A DNA stretch of 64,000 nucleotides from Oculina patagonica (lineage: Eukaryota), in assembly GCF_052425735.1 (NCBI RefSeq), contig NC_135762.1:23870001-23934000 (forward strand). Direction: 5' to 3'. The notes beneath the pieces were generated by a model, which made no database searches, was not told where the DNA came from, and was given only the letters and a program-made list of their open reading frames with translations. Both the position numbers and the translations under genes were made by a program. Every line of letters begins with the position of its first letter. Positions within the stretch are counted from its first letter, which is position 1. Below, piece by piece: positions 12,521 to 25,200 of the stretch.

Positions 12521-13517
12521 TCTAATATTTATGCACACATTGTCTTTGAAAATCTAACATTGACTGCAAGACCAATAAGTACATTACTGAGGAAATTGGA
12601 AGAATGGTTTGTCAATGTTAGAAGAATGAAATAACTGAAGAGTGAATTCAACTGAAATGAATGGGAAATTATATGTTAAAAGGTGCTTCACGAACAAACT
12701 AAGATTACCAACTGAAGCCTTGGACTCAAACTAGAACCATGTTCACAGTGATAAAATATGTGATCAACTTGAGCAACCGTTGTCACCTGGTATTAGGTAA
12801 CCTCATTGGGGACCTCATCAGGTGGGATGGGGTCAACAATGTTTAGAAAATATTGGTCCATTGGAGCAAATGGTTTCCTGGGGTGTGGGGGTTTCCCCTC
12901 ACTAAGACAAGGACTCGGTGTTTTCTTTTGAGATTTGTTCCACAACTAGAGGATACAAATGCAATGCTTATACCCGCACCGGAACAGCCGAAAGACAAGG
13001 GACCGTGGATGATGGTCCACGTGAAGCGACCGCGACCCGCCGAACTGGCGGAAGATGGAACAAGACTCCCGACAAATGATCCTGATCTGTGTCAAATGCA
13101 TGATGGACTGAATCACTCTGGTGCAAAGTCACCTGCCAGTGTATGGGAGCATGAGCGGAAGTGCCGACGGCAAGAACGACTGCGAACCAAAGAAGTGGCA
13201 GCTTGTGCACGCAGATGCAAGCGACGGTATTTGGCTGGGACCATGACCAAGTGTGGGTATTGGATGAAACCAGGATATAAGGAACCTCTAGGGACCTACA
13301 ATGCTACATAGCATTAACATAAAGTTATGCACTGGCCTGGCAAGCCACTGGAGTCCTAGAAATATGCACTGTATAGTATTTTCAAAGTGATAGATCTAGA
13401 GAAAAATACCCAGGTGAAAAAGTAAGACCTAACCTTTTAACTTCAGGCCCTGAGTGGCCTTTCATAAAAGTCTGGATATCCTCCTGCATTTATCAATCCA
13501 TGAGATAAATTATGTAA

Positions 13518-13839
13518 TGCACCTATCAATGTTAAGCCCGAGGGGGGGGGGGTCGGGCTAACCACGGGAATTTGATCGTGAGGTTGGTCCCCAGGGTAGG
13601 GATTTTGATCGTACGTGATTGCCCCAGGGTAGGGATTTTGGTCGTATATGATCCCCTGTAACAAGGTTTGAAGGACATCTGACCACCTTTCATTGCTCCC
13701 GGGTGGGGATTTTGACCAATTATTTTGTCCCGGGGGTGGGGAATTACTTTGACTTTTTCTTATAGAAAATGTCAAAATCCCCACCCCTTGCCCGACTCAG
13801 CCCCCCCCCCCCCCTTTGGGCTTAACATTGATAGGTGCA
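13518..13839. mobile_element. PIF/Harbinger-type MITE (TAA TSD)
   Basis: TIR TGCACCTATCAATGTTAAGCCC / GGGCTTAACATTGATAGGTGCA with TAA on both sides; a related copy lies at 48295-48554. Confidence 0.8.
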
Positions 13840-14678
13840 TAATATGTAGCACTGATATTTCTACAAAGTTTGGCTACACTGTTTGGCCAATTCTTTCATT
13901 TTGTATTTAACAAACTACATTCCACAAGATATTAAAATCTGTGCCACCCCTCCCCCCCCCCCTCACCTGCCTCACCCTGTCGAGGACTGGTCTTTCAATC
14001 TCATCCTTAAATAAATCTGATAAGACCTGTGTTGCCATTAAAAGAAAATTATCCATAAAAATATGTTAACTCCACAAGAATAATAATTTATTTCAAGAAT
14101 TTCATAAAATTTCTCAGTCCGACCACCACGATTTCCTCCCCCCCCCCACCCCTAAAGAATTCCAATGCTACTGCAATGGAGGGCCGGGGGAGGGGGGTTG
14201 GGGACCGCATGTGAATGCACATGGTTTCCTTTACGGCAACAGACAATATTTATAACTTCTGAATTTGAGCTGGCCTGGCTGAGGGCAATCGAAAATAAAA
14301 CATTAAAATTGAAAGTTTAATTTAAGGTTAAGGCTATGAAATACTGCAGGCATTAAGAATTAAATTTTAAGTTATATTTAGACAGCTGGCAACAAAATTA
14401 TTAATACAAATCATTTTCATATTAAAGTTTTTGCAGCCGCTCTCATTTGGAAACAGATATTTTGATTCCCTTGCGATATCTTACCGGTACCTGTTTGTAG
14501 CGTTGTCGTTCAAGCTCATTCCAGTTCTCTAACTGTCTCATCAACGCCAGAGTTCTAAGTGTCAGTAAACAAAATCATACTTGAACCGCGCACTTCTCCT
14601 GAAATTGAAACTTTCAGCAGTCCCATCTTGTCCAGCGGTGATTAGTAATAGGTGACGAGGAGAGCTGGAAAGAATCTT

Positions 14679-14870
14679 ACCATTCTCGTCCCCAGAGCCC
14701 GTCTCTCTTACCGGTTCTGGGGCATCCACCTCCCCCAGGGCCAGCGACGCCGACCACGTGACCAAAGAAAGGAGGCTGGGAACGAGATGGGGACCGCCTC
14801 GAGTCTCGTCCCCTGCGCAGGCCGTCGACCGCGGGTCAAAGGGAACGAAGACCCTGGGTACGAGGATGGT
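14679..14870. mobile_element. Short TIR element
   Basis: ACCATTCTCGTCCCCAGAG ... CCCTGGGTACGAGGATGGT inverted termini. Confidence 0.6.
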
Positions 14871-17800
14871 TCTGGGGTTTAATGGGGGCCGGAATGGGGG
14901 TCAGTCGCAATGTTAATTTTTTTACACGATAATAACCACGAAGTAAACAACAACGGGACACAATAGACAATTGAGACGGACAGGAACCATCAGCTGTCCA
15001 AGATAACTGCTTTTTTCAATTCAAACGAGTATATCAGTACTTTTGAAGAAAAGACTCTTGACCATAAACACTGTTTCCTACTTTTTCACTTTTTTGACAC
15101 TTTCGTGCCATCTGGCACAAAAGTATGTATTTTGAAAGTATGACTTTTGAGGCTACGGAATTAATTTTTTTTGGATTTAGAAAAAAATCGCAAAACCGCA
15201 AAAATTGGAAAACGGAAAAGTTTCATCCCGCAAGGTATAGGCGGTTTCTGTGGTTAGAGGAGCTCTTGAGCTTTGACCAATCAAAAAGGAGGCATTACAG
15301 GGTCTTTTATCGAGTCTTTTTTGAAGACAGCGGTGAAGTTCACGTGAAAAATAGCTCAGCATACAACAGTTGAATTTTCCCGCAGTCTTGAGCCTCGTTC
15401 TCAAAAAGACCTGAAAACGAGGTTAGATTTCTTTGAGTTTCAATCAATGTCTCTAGCTAAGAAAATCTTTTCTCCAACGAAAAAAATATTCAGAATGTAA
15501 AGATAAACCGCGATTTGGCGCTGCCCATGCATCACTCTCCTCCATCCGGAACTCATGTCCGGATAATCTGCGATAATAACTATCAAAGTCTCTTCGAGAT
15601 ATCGACGTTGCTGAAAATGAGTCGAAGGATCTGCATGTTCTCGATCATTACAGCTTAGTCATCCATCTTCGCGGAGGAAATGCAGCCAATGTCAAAATGC
15701 TCGTTCCCCGGAAACACAATCCACACACAAGTGCGGAGACGACACGGGACCGAGGCAGTCGAACGGGGAAGCGAAACAGCAAAAATGCGTTCGACGGATT
15801 GCGAGGGACCGCCGCAAGTGCGGCCGACGAGCCGAAGACAAAAATACGGATCCGACACGCGGGCGACAATCGTACACTCAAGCTGGGCCGCCGGGAGGGG
15901 GAACAGACCGGAAAGCCACAAACAGTGAAGCCGATGAAGAGAACGATGGCGAGAAACCACCGAACGCGCGACGCGGTAGCCGACATGCAACACTCCACGC
16001 GAGAAGTGCTAGTGATATATTCGTGTTTTAGTTACGCAATCCATGTTGTGCGACGCTAGATCGCCCAGACACACGTGGTGAGAAAGAAAGCTGACATGTC
16101 ACTAAAATTGTAATCGTAAAGTGACAAGTCACGCGAAACGAGTGACACCCAGGGAAGTTCCCTGAGATAAAACAGTCCCTTGAGAAAAAAAAGTCCCGAG
16201 AGTACATGGTCTCACTAACCCCATTCTACCATTTAGCTGAAACAAGCAAAAACGTCGAAAAAATGACAAACGTATTTGCGATCTCCAGATTGCAAAAAGA
16301 TTGCGGTTAGGTGTTCCATTCAGACATCCGCTTTTAAGCGGAAGTATGGTATTGCCCACACCCCATTACTCCCACAATTACAACTCATCACTTTTAAAAC
16401 ACCGAGAGCTAAATTCTTTCCCACGCAAAAGTTGGTGGTCACGCAATCGTCGCAATTTCACAAGAACTGTCACGCGGTACGCGTGACGAGTGACTGGAAG
16501 TAACACTCACCTGATGACATTAAAGAGGGTCATTACAAAGCTTCGAGCCGGAAAAGCAAGTATTTTTTAGAATAAGATTACTGTTACATGTAAACAGTTT
16601 ATAACGAGATGGAGAAAGAGAAAAATAACAGATCTGGCATGGTGACATTCATAAAGATACATTTCTGTCAACCTAGCGGCAGATCAAGACAAGGTTAATG
16701 GCAGCACAGGTCTTATCAGCCCCATCTTATCAACTGGCGGGTTATTTTACCGTACCAAGATTGGCTTAAAAAAATAAATAATATTTTACGCTTTTAGTTA
16801 AAAATTGATTTTGATGGCAGCCAAGAGGCCAATTAACAAGGCATGACAAACATATCTACAGCTTAAAGAAAGAAATATTTTTACACGAGGAGAAACTAGC
16901 CCCTTTTTATTATTTAAATAAAAATAGGATTTTCGCCCTTTTTCATTCTTCATTACGCGGTGTACGGAAAATTTGAGAAAAAGAACTTTCGTTTTCAGGG
17001 TTTTGCATATGCGCACACAGAATGCATCTGGTTTTGGGCAATCACCATTAAATTGAACCACAAAAATGGAATTTGGCAAACTTCAGTACAGTGATAACCT
17101 TATCGATTCCAGCTAATAAGGTGAAACATAAGATAACGTCAGATAGTAGACTTACTCGTTTATCAGTTTAGTGGGTGGTCACGGGCCGACAATCTGTTTG
17201 TGTAGATATATCGGTAATTTTAGGGCTGTTTATAAAGTTTGTTTGCTTCACAAAAGTTTTCAAGCCCCGACACTGCATAGCTCCTTGTCCCTGAAATGTC
17301 TCTCAAGTGTGCGTGATGACTGCAGTTTCCTGCTGTGTATTCCTGACATCCGAAAACTTTTCAGTCCTAATTTTGAGCATTTTCCTTTTGCATTTATGGT
17401 TTCTTTCAGCATCAAAAATAAAGCTGCTAACTATTAAATGGGTTTTATCCCAGGCATGCGGATATACTATAATGACTATAATTGCATTATACAACACCCA
17501 AAGGCGGATATTCAAATGGATTTTCTCTTGTCCCAAAAATTGAATTTGGCAATTGAGATCAATTAATTTTACTCGAAGGACTTCAGGAATGCATTGTTTT
17601 GAAGTACTGTTTGCCAGTCTGTCTACATATTTACTCAGCGTATTTAAGCTTTTGAAGCTTTGCTGGTTTGTTTTTGTGGCTCAACATTCTCCGTTCTTTC
17701 TTCGAGGGAGGTAAAAAGATTAATATCGTTAAACTATTTTTAAGGATGTCGTGATTTCTTTAGGCCTTTAATATTCTAAGGCGTTTTCGTACTAGGCTGT

Positions 17801-19209
17801 AAAGCAGATCTTAGAATGAAAGCTAAACTTTTAAAAAGCCCGAATCTAAAATCTCAAAAGCAAACAATGCTCTGACATGTTCTAGTGTACTAGACAACGC
17901 CAGCAAAAACAACTCAAGATAAGAAATGTCTCCCCTTTTCTTTCTCACAGGCTGGCGTGTCTCTTGTTAACGAGGTCAGAAAATTGTTCTGTCTATAAAT
18001 ACATCAGAGAATACTACACATAATTGATGTTATTTGTTAGACGAAATGTCATTGTTCATTAGCGATGCCTTTTTAGTTTTTGAAATCAGTCAAGCACAGA
18101 GGTTGGAACAAAATTGCTTTTAGAGAACGCCTGTTTCCATCAATTCGGTAAAAAAATGTGACATTTGATACTGAAAAATTCCCCGTTTTCTTCCAAATTC
18201 CATCTGTTTCCAAAGAAAACATAGAATTTGAAGGGATTAACTTAGTCCTCAAATGAATTCCTCATTCAGTCTGATCTTGAGCGAGAGCCTTTATATATCC
18301 GGCACGACAGCCGAACTCGCTTGCCTGTGTGTAGAGAGCACTGCTGTGTGACCGGGAGAATTAACTAGCGCAGCTTTCATTCGTCACTTGTCATCACATA
18401 TAAAGCAATTCGACACCATTTGGCATAAGGTTCCGAGCGTCCATTGTACCTTTCATCTAAGGTCAGATCTACAGAACCGTAGCGACGCTCTCTTTAGAGA
18501 TCCAGAGAGGGAACATATGATAGTAGTCGATTAGCCGAGCGTAACAGTACCCGGCTATTTGAGGAATTAATTCGACTCTTATTGTTTGTAAACTTTGGTA
18601 GATTTCATGCTGTAGTTGAGTGGAAAGCTTGACGGGCGAGCGGAAGGCACGCATTCTCTGGGCTTCAGGAAACTTGGATAGAATCGGTGGGTGTTTTAAA
18701 GTATTTATGCAATCATTCATTCTGAATGAAACCCCCTTTCGCGTGGAATGTGTTGCGGTTAAAGACTCGTTCATTTGGAATTTATGCCGGCGTCTTATAG
18801 CTTATAAACTAATCTCTGCACCTCACTACGGCTTCTTTCTGGTCTTAAGGTGCAAATATTATTCTTAAGTGTTAATCTTGGTGTTCATTTAAAGCTCACC
18901 CGGCAGATTACTAGCCGAACAAAGAAACAGACTAGCTAGGTATAAATATAAAGATTATTGTAAAAGCGTATGTCATCGGCCCTTCAGAAGCAGGGCGGAT
19001 ATTTGTTAATATTTACTCGTTAAATCGTTTCCTTTAGCTGGAGATCTAGGGCCAAGCCAGCAATCGCGGAATAGCACGTATTTTACCGAAATCCGCGGAG
19101 TAGCTTGTGCTTGCATTGATTAATCTCGTTATACCGTTGTATTTCACAGAGGCAGTGGGGCCGTCCAAAAGGTAGTTGTATCAGTTACAGACCGCGAAAG
19201 ACCTTCGCC

Positions 19210-22200
19210 ATGAACTCGAGAGCGTTTCTGCTTGGTTTGTTGTTCATTTCGGTGGCTCACGCCGAGAGAGGAAGCCAACAAAACAACATGAAGCCGATTG
19301 AAAGCATCGACAATGTATTAGCAGTTGTTGGAAGGGTTTTTGTATATTCTCTGCCAAATGAGGGTGGCCATAAAGAGACATACACGGTAAGTGATGAGTT
19401 GTGAGTTGGGTGCTAACTAAACGAGACAAACGACCTTTCTTTTGTGTTAGTTGTGGGGTAAAATAAATACACACTGATCTTTATTTCCACACAAACGGAT
19501 TTGTGTTGCGAAATTAACAAAGCAATGTTTTGGAACAAATGTCCGTTCATCGATGATATAAATTTTCGTTAAAAGTCATTTTATTTGTTTGCTACACTTT
19601 AAGCAACACACAGAGGTAACCTAAAATAATGGCATAGTTAGTGATCCTTCTGCACGTATTTTAATAATACAAATATGATCTCTAGATCTATTTAGCATTC
19701 AAAGCATTACGGATATTGAGTTAGTGCTGGGTTGTCCATATGCTCGTGACTTCTAGTAAAAGTGCTAATACATTTAAGTGCCTAACATATGTAAGAAAAG
19801 GGATGAATACCACGTTGACTGAAGAAGCTTAACGTGTTTTAAATGCGTGTAAAATTTTATCGAGATAACATGCATGTGACAGTTGTGTGGAATGATCAAA
19901 ATTCTTGGGCGTTTTACAGCTACAAGTATTCCTCAGTAAAATTCGCGATTGTCATAAAGTTAGCATTTTTGTGGGCACATTCTCCGCCGAATAACGGAGT
20001 AATTGTGCATATTTTTTTCTTTATTAAAACGGCTTCCTCTTGTTTTGTATAGGGCCCCTGTTGTTGTGGTTTGGCAGAAACAAAGAATTAGGGTGTAGAA
20101 TAAAGAAATTAAAACCCGCTGAAGTGTCAAAGAGATAAAATGCAGCGAGCATACCACTCATAGCGAAAGGAATTCTTTCAAAACCGCGCTCTAATGAGTC
20201 GTGAAGGATCTGTTTTATCGATTCATCTTTGACCAGTTATAAGACATGAAACTCGGCATTCGTTGATCAATGCTGTATTTCTAATCGCGAAAGAGGCTTG
20301 AAAAAGGAGAGAAAAGAAAGGAACAAATATGTTGAGCGATTTGTGTTTTTGTAGTGACTAGAGCGGACAATTCGTGTTTGTCTGTACTGCATGTGACGTC
20401 TGGCTATGCATGGCAGATATGATTTCCGGCATGAGTTATCAAACGAGATCTCGCCCAACTCCACCTCGTAAATCGATCGAAACAAAACATTGATAACATT
20501 TCCCAAATTATTTTTGTGTTGTAAAAGTCGATTTTAACGATAAAGAATCAAGTACCTATCCTATTTGGACAGAGCGCAGAGAGCGTGATTTATGGGCTGC
20601 CATGCCGTGATGAGCAAGCCTCAAGCCTTCTAAATTCACTGCCTCAAGCCGTTTTCAATGCCCGCGAATCGTGTGGTTCGCGGTTTCCCTGTTAGGAGTT
20701 TGATTACATGTATGTCAAGTCAAAGGTCCGGTCGATTTTAGACAGAGGAAAAACTAAACTGCTCGCCGCGTAGACTGTTTACACCTCTCTTTTTTGTGTT
20801 TTTTTTTTCTTCGAATTTTGAACACGGGAAAAGAATCGAAAGAGAACTGGACGCCAGCGGGGAGGCGTCAGGCGTGAGGGTGTGGGAGGGGGAGGGAGGT
20901 GAGGGGCTTCGCTCGCCCCCCCCCCCTTCCCCATCCCCCTTGTGCCTCGTGCTTGCTGTTTTGCAAGTCGTGCGTGATCATATCTTCAACCACAATTGGA
21001 CCAAAATAACGTACTTCCTTTATGCACAATATCGGAAATTCTGGAATGGAAATAGTGATTGTCTAACGTGCTTAGCAAGAAAACCGCCAGCTACGCAGGC
21101 TACTGATTGTCTCAATTAGACAAAATTTGGATGTTTTTTTATTCCGGGTGCCGTTTTTTCCGTTTAATATAGTATGTCTGGGTTTTTTATGACCTTTTAT
21201 GTTTAACCTTTTTGCCAAACCCAGCTAAAAATTGTCGCAAAGGAAGCCTTTAACGATATCACAGTTTATATGTCAGGAAATATCACTTAAACTGGATATT
21301 TTTCCTGTTTTACGCTCATAGTTAGAAGTGTTTGGATAGTGCGAGAGATTTCCATCCTTAGCACATTCTATTTCGAGTAAATCTGTCATTTAGAATTTCC
21401 TTGATATGACACACGATTACTTAGAAATTTTTCCTTGTTCCGTGGAATAATAAAACCTTTCCTAGCAAATAGTTTGAACACAGGAGTATGAGAAGTTCTT
21501 ATAGTGTGATCGTCTGGGTGAGAGTAGTTCTGAAAAGAACTGTTGTTGGTGACTGACGTTTCGACAACCTGAGCGGAAGTCATCTTCAGAGTCAATAAAA
21601 CCTATCAGAATAAAACCGTTCTTGCGACAAAACTTTGTCAAAAATTTCACACGAATCCAAGCCGGATCGACCGGAAAACCCTAGCTATCACAACTTAGAT
21701 CTGTTGGAAACCCATTCTAATTAACTCAGTCGATACCCAAGTTATTAGGGCATATACTAAAACCCGAAACAACGAAACGAAACCACCGAAACGAAACGAC
21801 CGAAACCGCCGAAACGAGCGAAACGAAACCGCCGAAACAACCAAAACGGCTGAAACGAGCGAAACGAAACGAAATCACCGAAACAAGCAAAACTTCAAGA
21901 ATTCCGTCACTTACCGTACTATGCACTCAGTTTAGCCTACTTTACACTCCGGTTAGCCTACTACACACTCCGGTTAGCCTACTATAAACCCCGGTTAGCC
22001 TACTATACACTCCGGTTAGCCTACTATAAACCCCGGTTAGCCTACTTTACACTCCGGTTAGCCTACTATAAACCCCGGTTAGCCTACTATACACTCCGGT
22101 TAGCCTACTACACACCCCGGTTAGCCTACGTTTCACTTTAATAGGTTAGCCCACTATGCACTCCGGTTAGCCTGTTTACGGTTAGCTCTCAATAATTGTA

Positions 22201-25200
22201 ATGGGTTTTGCTTGTTTAGGTGATTTCGTCGCGTTTCGCTCGTTTCGGCCGTTTCAGTGGTTTCGCTCGTTTCGTTTCGGTGGTTTCGTTTCGTTGTTTC
22301 GGGTTTTAGTACATGCCCAATAATTGTAATGGGTTTTGCTTGTTTAGGTGATTTCGTCTCGTTTTGCTCGTTTCGGCCGTTTCGGTGGTTTCGCTCGTTT
22401 CGTTTCGGTGGTTTCGTTTCGGTGGTTTCGTTTCGGTGGTTTCGTTTCGTTGTTTCGGGTTTTAGTACATGCCAGTTATTAGTCCAAATTCAAAGGTCCC
22501 AGAAGCTGTCATGTATTGCAGATATGTACTCCCGGGATGTACTTCAACAGTTCTCATAAGACTATTGGGGTTTTTAGGTTTTCCTGTCTTTCAAGTTGGT
22601 GTACCACCATAAAATTCTCTATAGAAATGCACTCCAATTATTATTTTCTCGATAGTGTGGTGTATAAAAAGCATTGCGGTTTAAAAATTAGAATATTTAT
22701 CTCGTTAGCTTTCTAACTTGTAAATGGTCGTTTGAAGCTAAGCCGGAGTACCTTTCTCGAGAGTAGTGATCACAAAGCACCATTTGATTGTTTCGTCAAC
22801 CTGCCCACATTTGTTCAAAGGATGGATAACGTTATCCACCAGATAAATCACTATCCAGTGGACAAGGTATCTTGTTTTGTTAACACTAATCCACTGGATA
22901 GTGATTTATTCGGTGACTGTCAGTACTCTTATCCGGGATACATGTACTACACAGGACAAAATTGAGTTTCCCCTGGGTTCTTTTACTAGCCTGCGCGAAG
23001 AAAAGACAAGAAAGAGACGGGTTAGTTCACCCCTTCTTGACAAACGCCTGGACGTTTTGCACTCGCTATTCTTCGCATTGCTTCCGACTAACCGAACGCC
23101 TGAACGGGCTAGTGAAAGAACTGAGGAGAAACTCAAGTTTGTCTTCTGCAATATTCCGGGTAAAACTGAATAGTTCTGAAGCTTATTAATGTCTTCCTGA
23201 CGTTTTGAAGCCCCGAGTGCGTGGTCTGAAAGAAGCTATTCTTTTGTACTTGATAACAACAGTCTATAAATATCTCTTTTTCGCTCTACTTTTTAGGTGG
23301 TTCAAAGAGGGCAAGATACTTTACCTCAGTGGCTGTCTTACATCGAGGACAAATCTTTGCTACTTGGCGTGCCGTCTTGGCGTGACAGAGGTGAAGTTTT
23401 CATCGATTTTCAATCAAAGGATGGAAGTGTTAAACATTCTCTGAAAATCGAGGTTAAAGACTTGCGTGACGAAGCGTTACAGCCTTCGTCACGCTCTAAC
23501 AATACCAAGACCAATTCGTATTCCAAACCAAAATGTCCCAAGGGATTACCAGTGGCAGCCGCCTCGATTGTGCTTGATTATCACTTGGAGAAAGTTACGG
23601 GAGAAAAGAGGGTAGAGATCATGAACAAAGTGCACGATTTTGTGGACGTGGATGTAAAAAACCTTCACATGTTAGCTGGCAAAGGGCATAACACTGCCTT
23701 TGGGCTCAAAGATGTGATAACTGTAACAGCAGGGCCAGGAAATGTGGCAGATTCCAGTCAGCCTGGCGTGGTCGTTTCCTGGCAGATCGGCTGTGGGGTC
23801 GATATACCAATTGCTGGTAGGTTTTCACGTCTATTGATTCTATTTAAACGGGCTTTGTCGTGGATTGCCTTTCCAGATTTTTTAAAAGCCCAAATTTATA
23901 TTTGTGTTATAGGAAACCTAAAAATAATGGTCCATTTTTATTCAAAATTGCCATATTAGAGCACTGAAACTGTTAACAAGCATCTTTGGCTAAGGATAGC
24001 TAGGATAGAAACGGATTGCGACTTGAAAAATTGAGGCTAAACGTTTCAAGTTGTTTCCGCGCATCTTCAAAAAATCGATATTTATAGCCGAAGTTTAATT
24101 TCCATCCACACATTAGGGTAAAATCTTCTCTAAGATGTCCAAAGATAATGGTTTTTTATGGTTAAGTTGCCTACCACTAATTTCAGATCGTTAAGATGGT
24201 TAACTCCATACGGACATTTCACCAACTCTTTGACATTGAGATTTGAATATTTTGTTTGTGTTTTTACAGGGGTACGAATAGCCTCCTTTCTCAAATCAAG
24301 CGCAGAGACAGGATCCTTTGGTCCAGTGCTTGGTCTCTCTGTGACTGAATGGCACGTATCCATTGGTTACCCCAAAGAGCCTCGACAACGAGCTCGCAAG
24401 CAAGCTGCGCAGGACAAAACGCCAAAAGTAGTTAAACGATCAACAAAAAGATACGTTCGAGCTGTCCAGGCCACTCCTACACCAACCATGACTGTGGCAC
24501 CGCCTACGTCTGTTGTCGCTAGTGTCACGATTACTGTTACTAGGACAAGCTCTGTTGTTCCGACCTCGACTGTGACACCGACTACAACTCCGGTGGCGCC
24601 GACAACGACCGAAAAACCGACGACGACGGAACCACCAACACCGACTACTACAAAGCGACCGACCACAACAGAAAAACCGACCACTACCGAAGAACCGACA
24701 ACTACCGAGCCACCGACCACGACAGAAAAACCGACTACTACCGCACGACCAACTACGACAGAAAAACCGACTACTACCGAACGACCGACAACTACCGAGC
24801 CACCGACCACCACGGAAGAGCCGACGACTCCTGTGCAGCCGACCACGACTACCAAGCCGCCAACCACAACGGTAAAACCGACTACAACCGAGCAAACGAC
24901 GACAACATCTCCGCCTAGTACGACTACACCATCGACCGCAGTCGAGGTAAAAGGTAAAACGGTACTAATCACCACAGAGAAACCAACACCACCTGAGAAG
25001 CCGAGTTCCACACAGAAACCAACTAAAAGAACAGAAAAACCAACAACAGAAAAAATTACAACAGGACCATCTGTTAAACCTTCAACAGAGGCTGTTAGTC
25101 GTCCAGAAGTCATTAATCCCATTGACCGCTTGGATGTTTACCGCGGTCAGGAGCTCCGGTTCCGCATTCCTTGGGACACGTTTTATGATAACGAAGACCT

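Noticed and set aside
12810-12843. CTGATGAG on the minus strand as a third hammerhead
   Set aside because: No stem II closure or GAAA core downstream.
21930-22130. Regular 21-bp repeats resembling a CRISPR array (also 1905-2100)
   Set aside because: No unique spacers and no cas genes; eukaryotic minisatellite inside TIR elements.
24158-24269. N-terminal part of the 689-aa ORF
   Set aside because: Intronic read-through upstream of the acceptor at 24269.
24367-25122. 251-aa antisense poly-Val/Gly ORF
   Set aside because: Mirror of the Pro/Thr mucin repeat codons.
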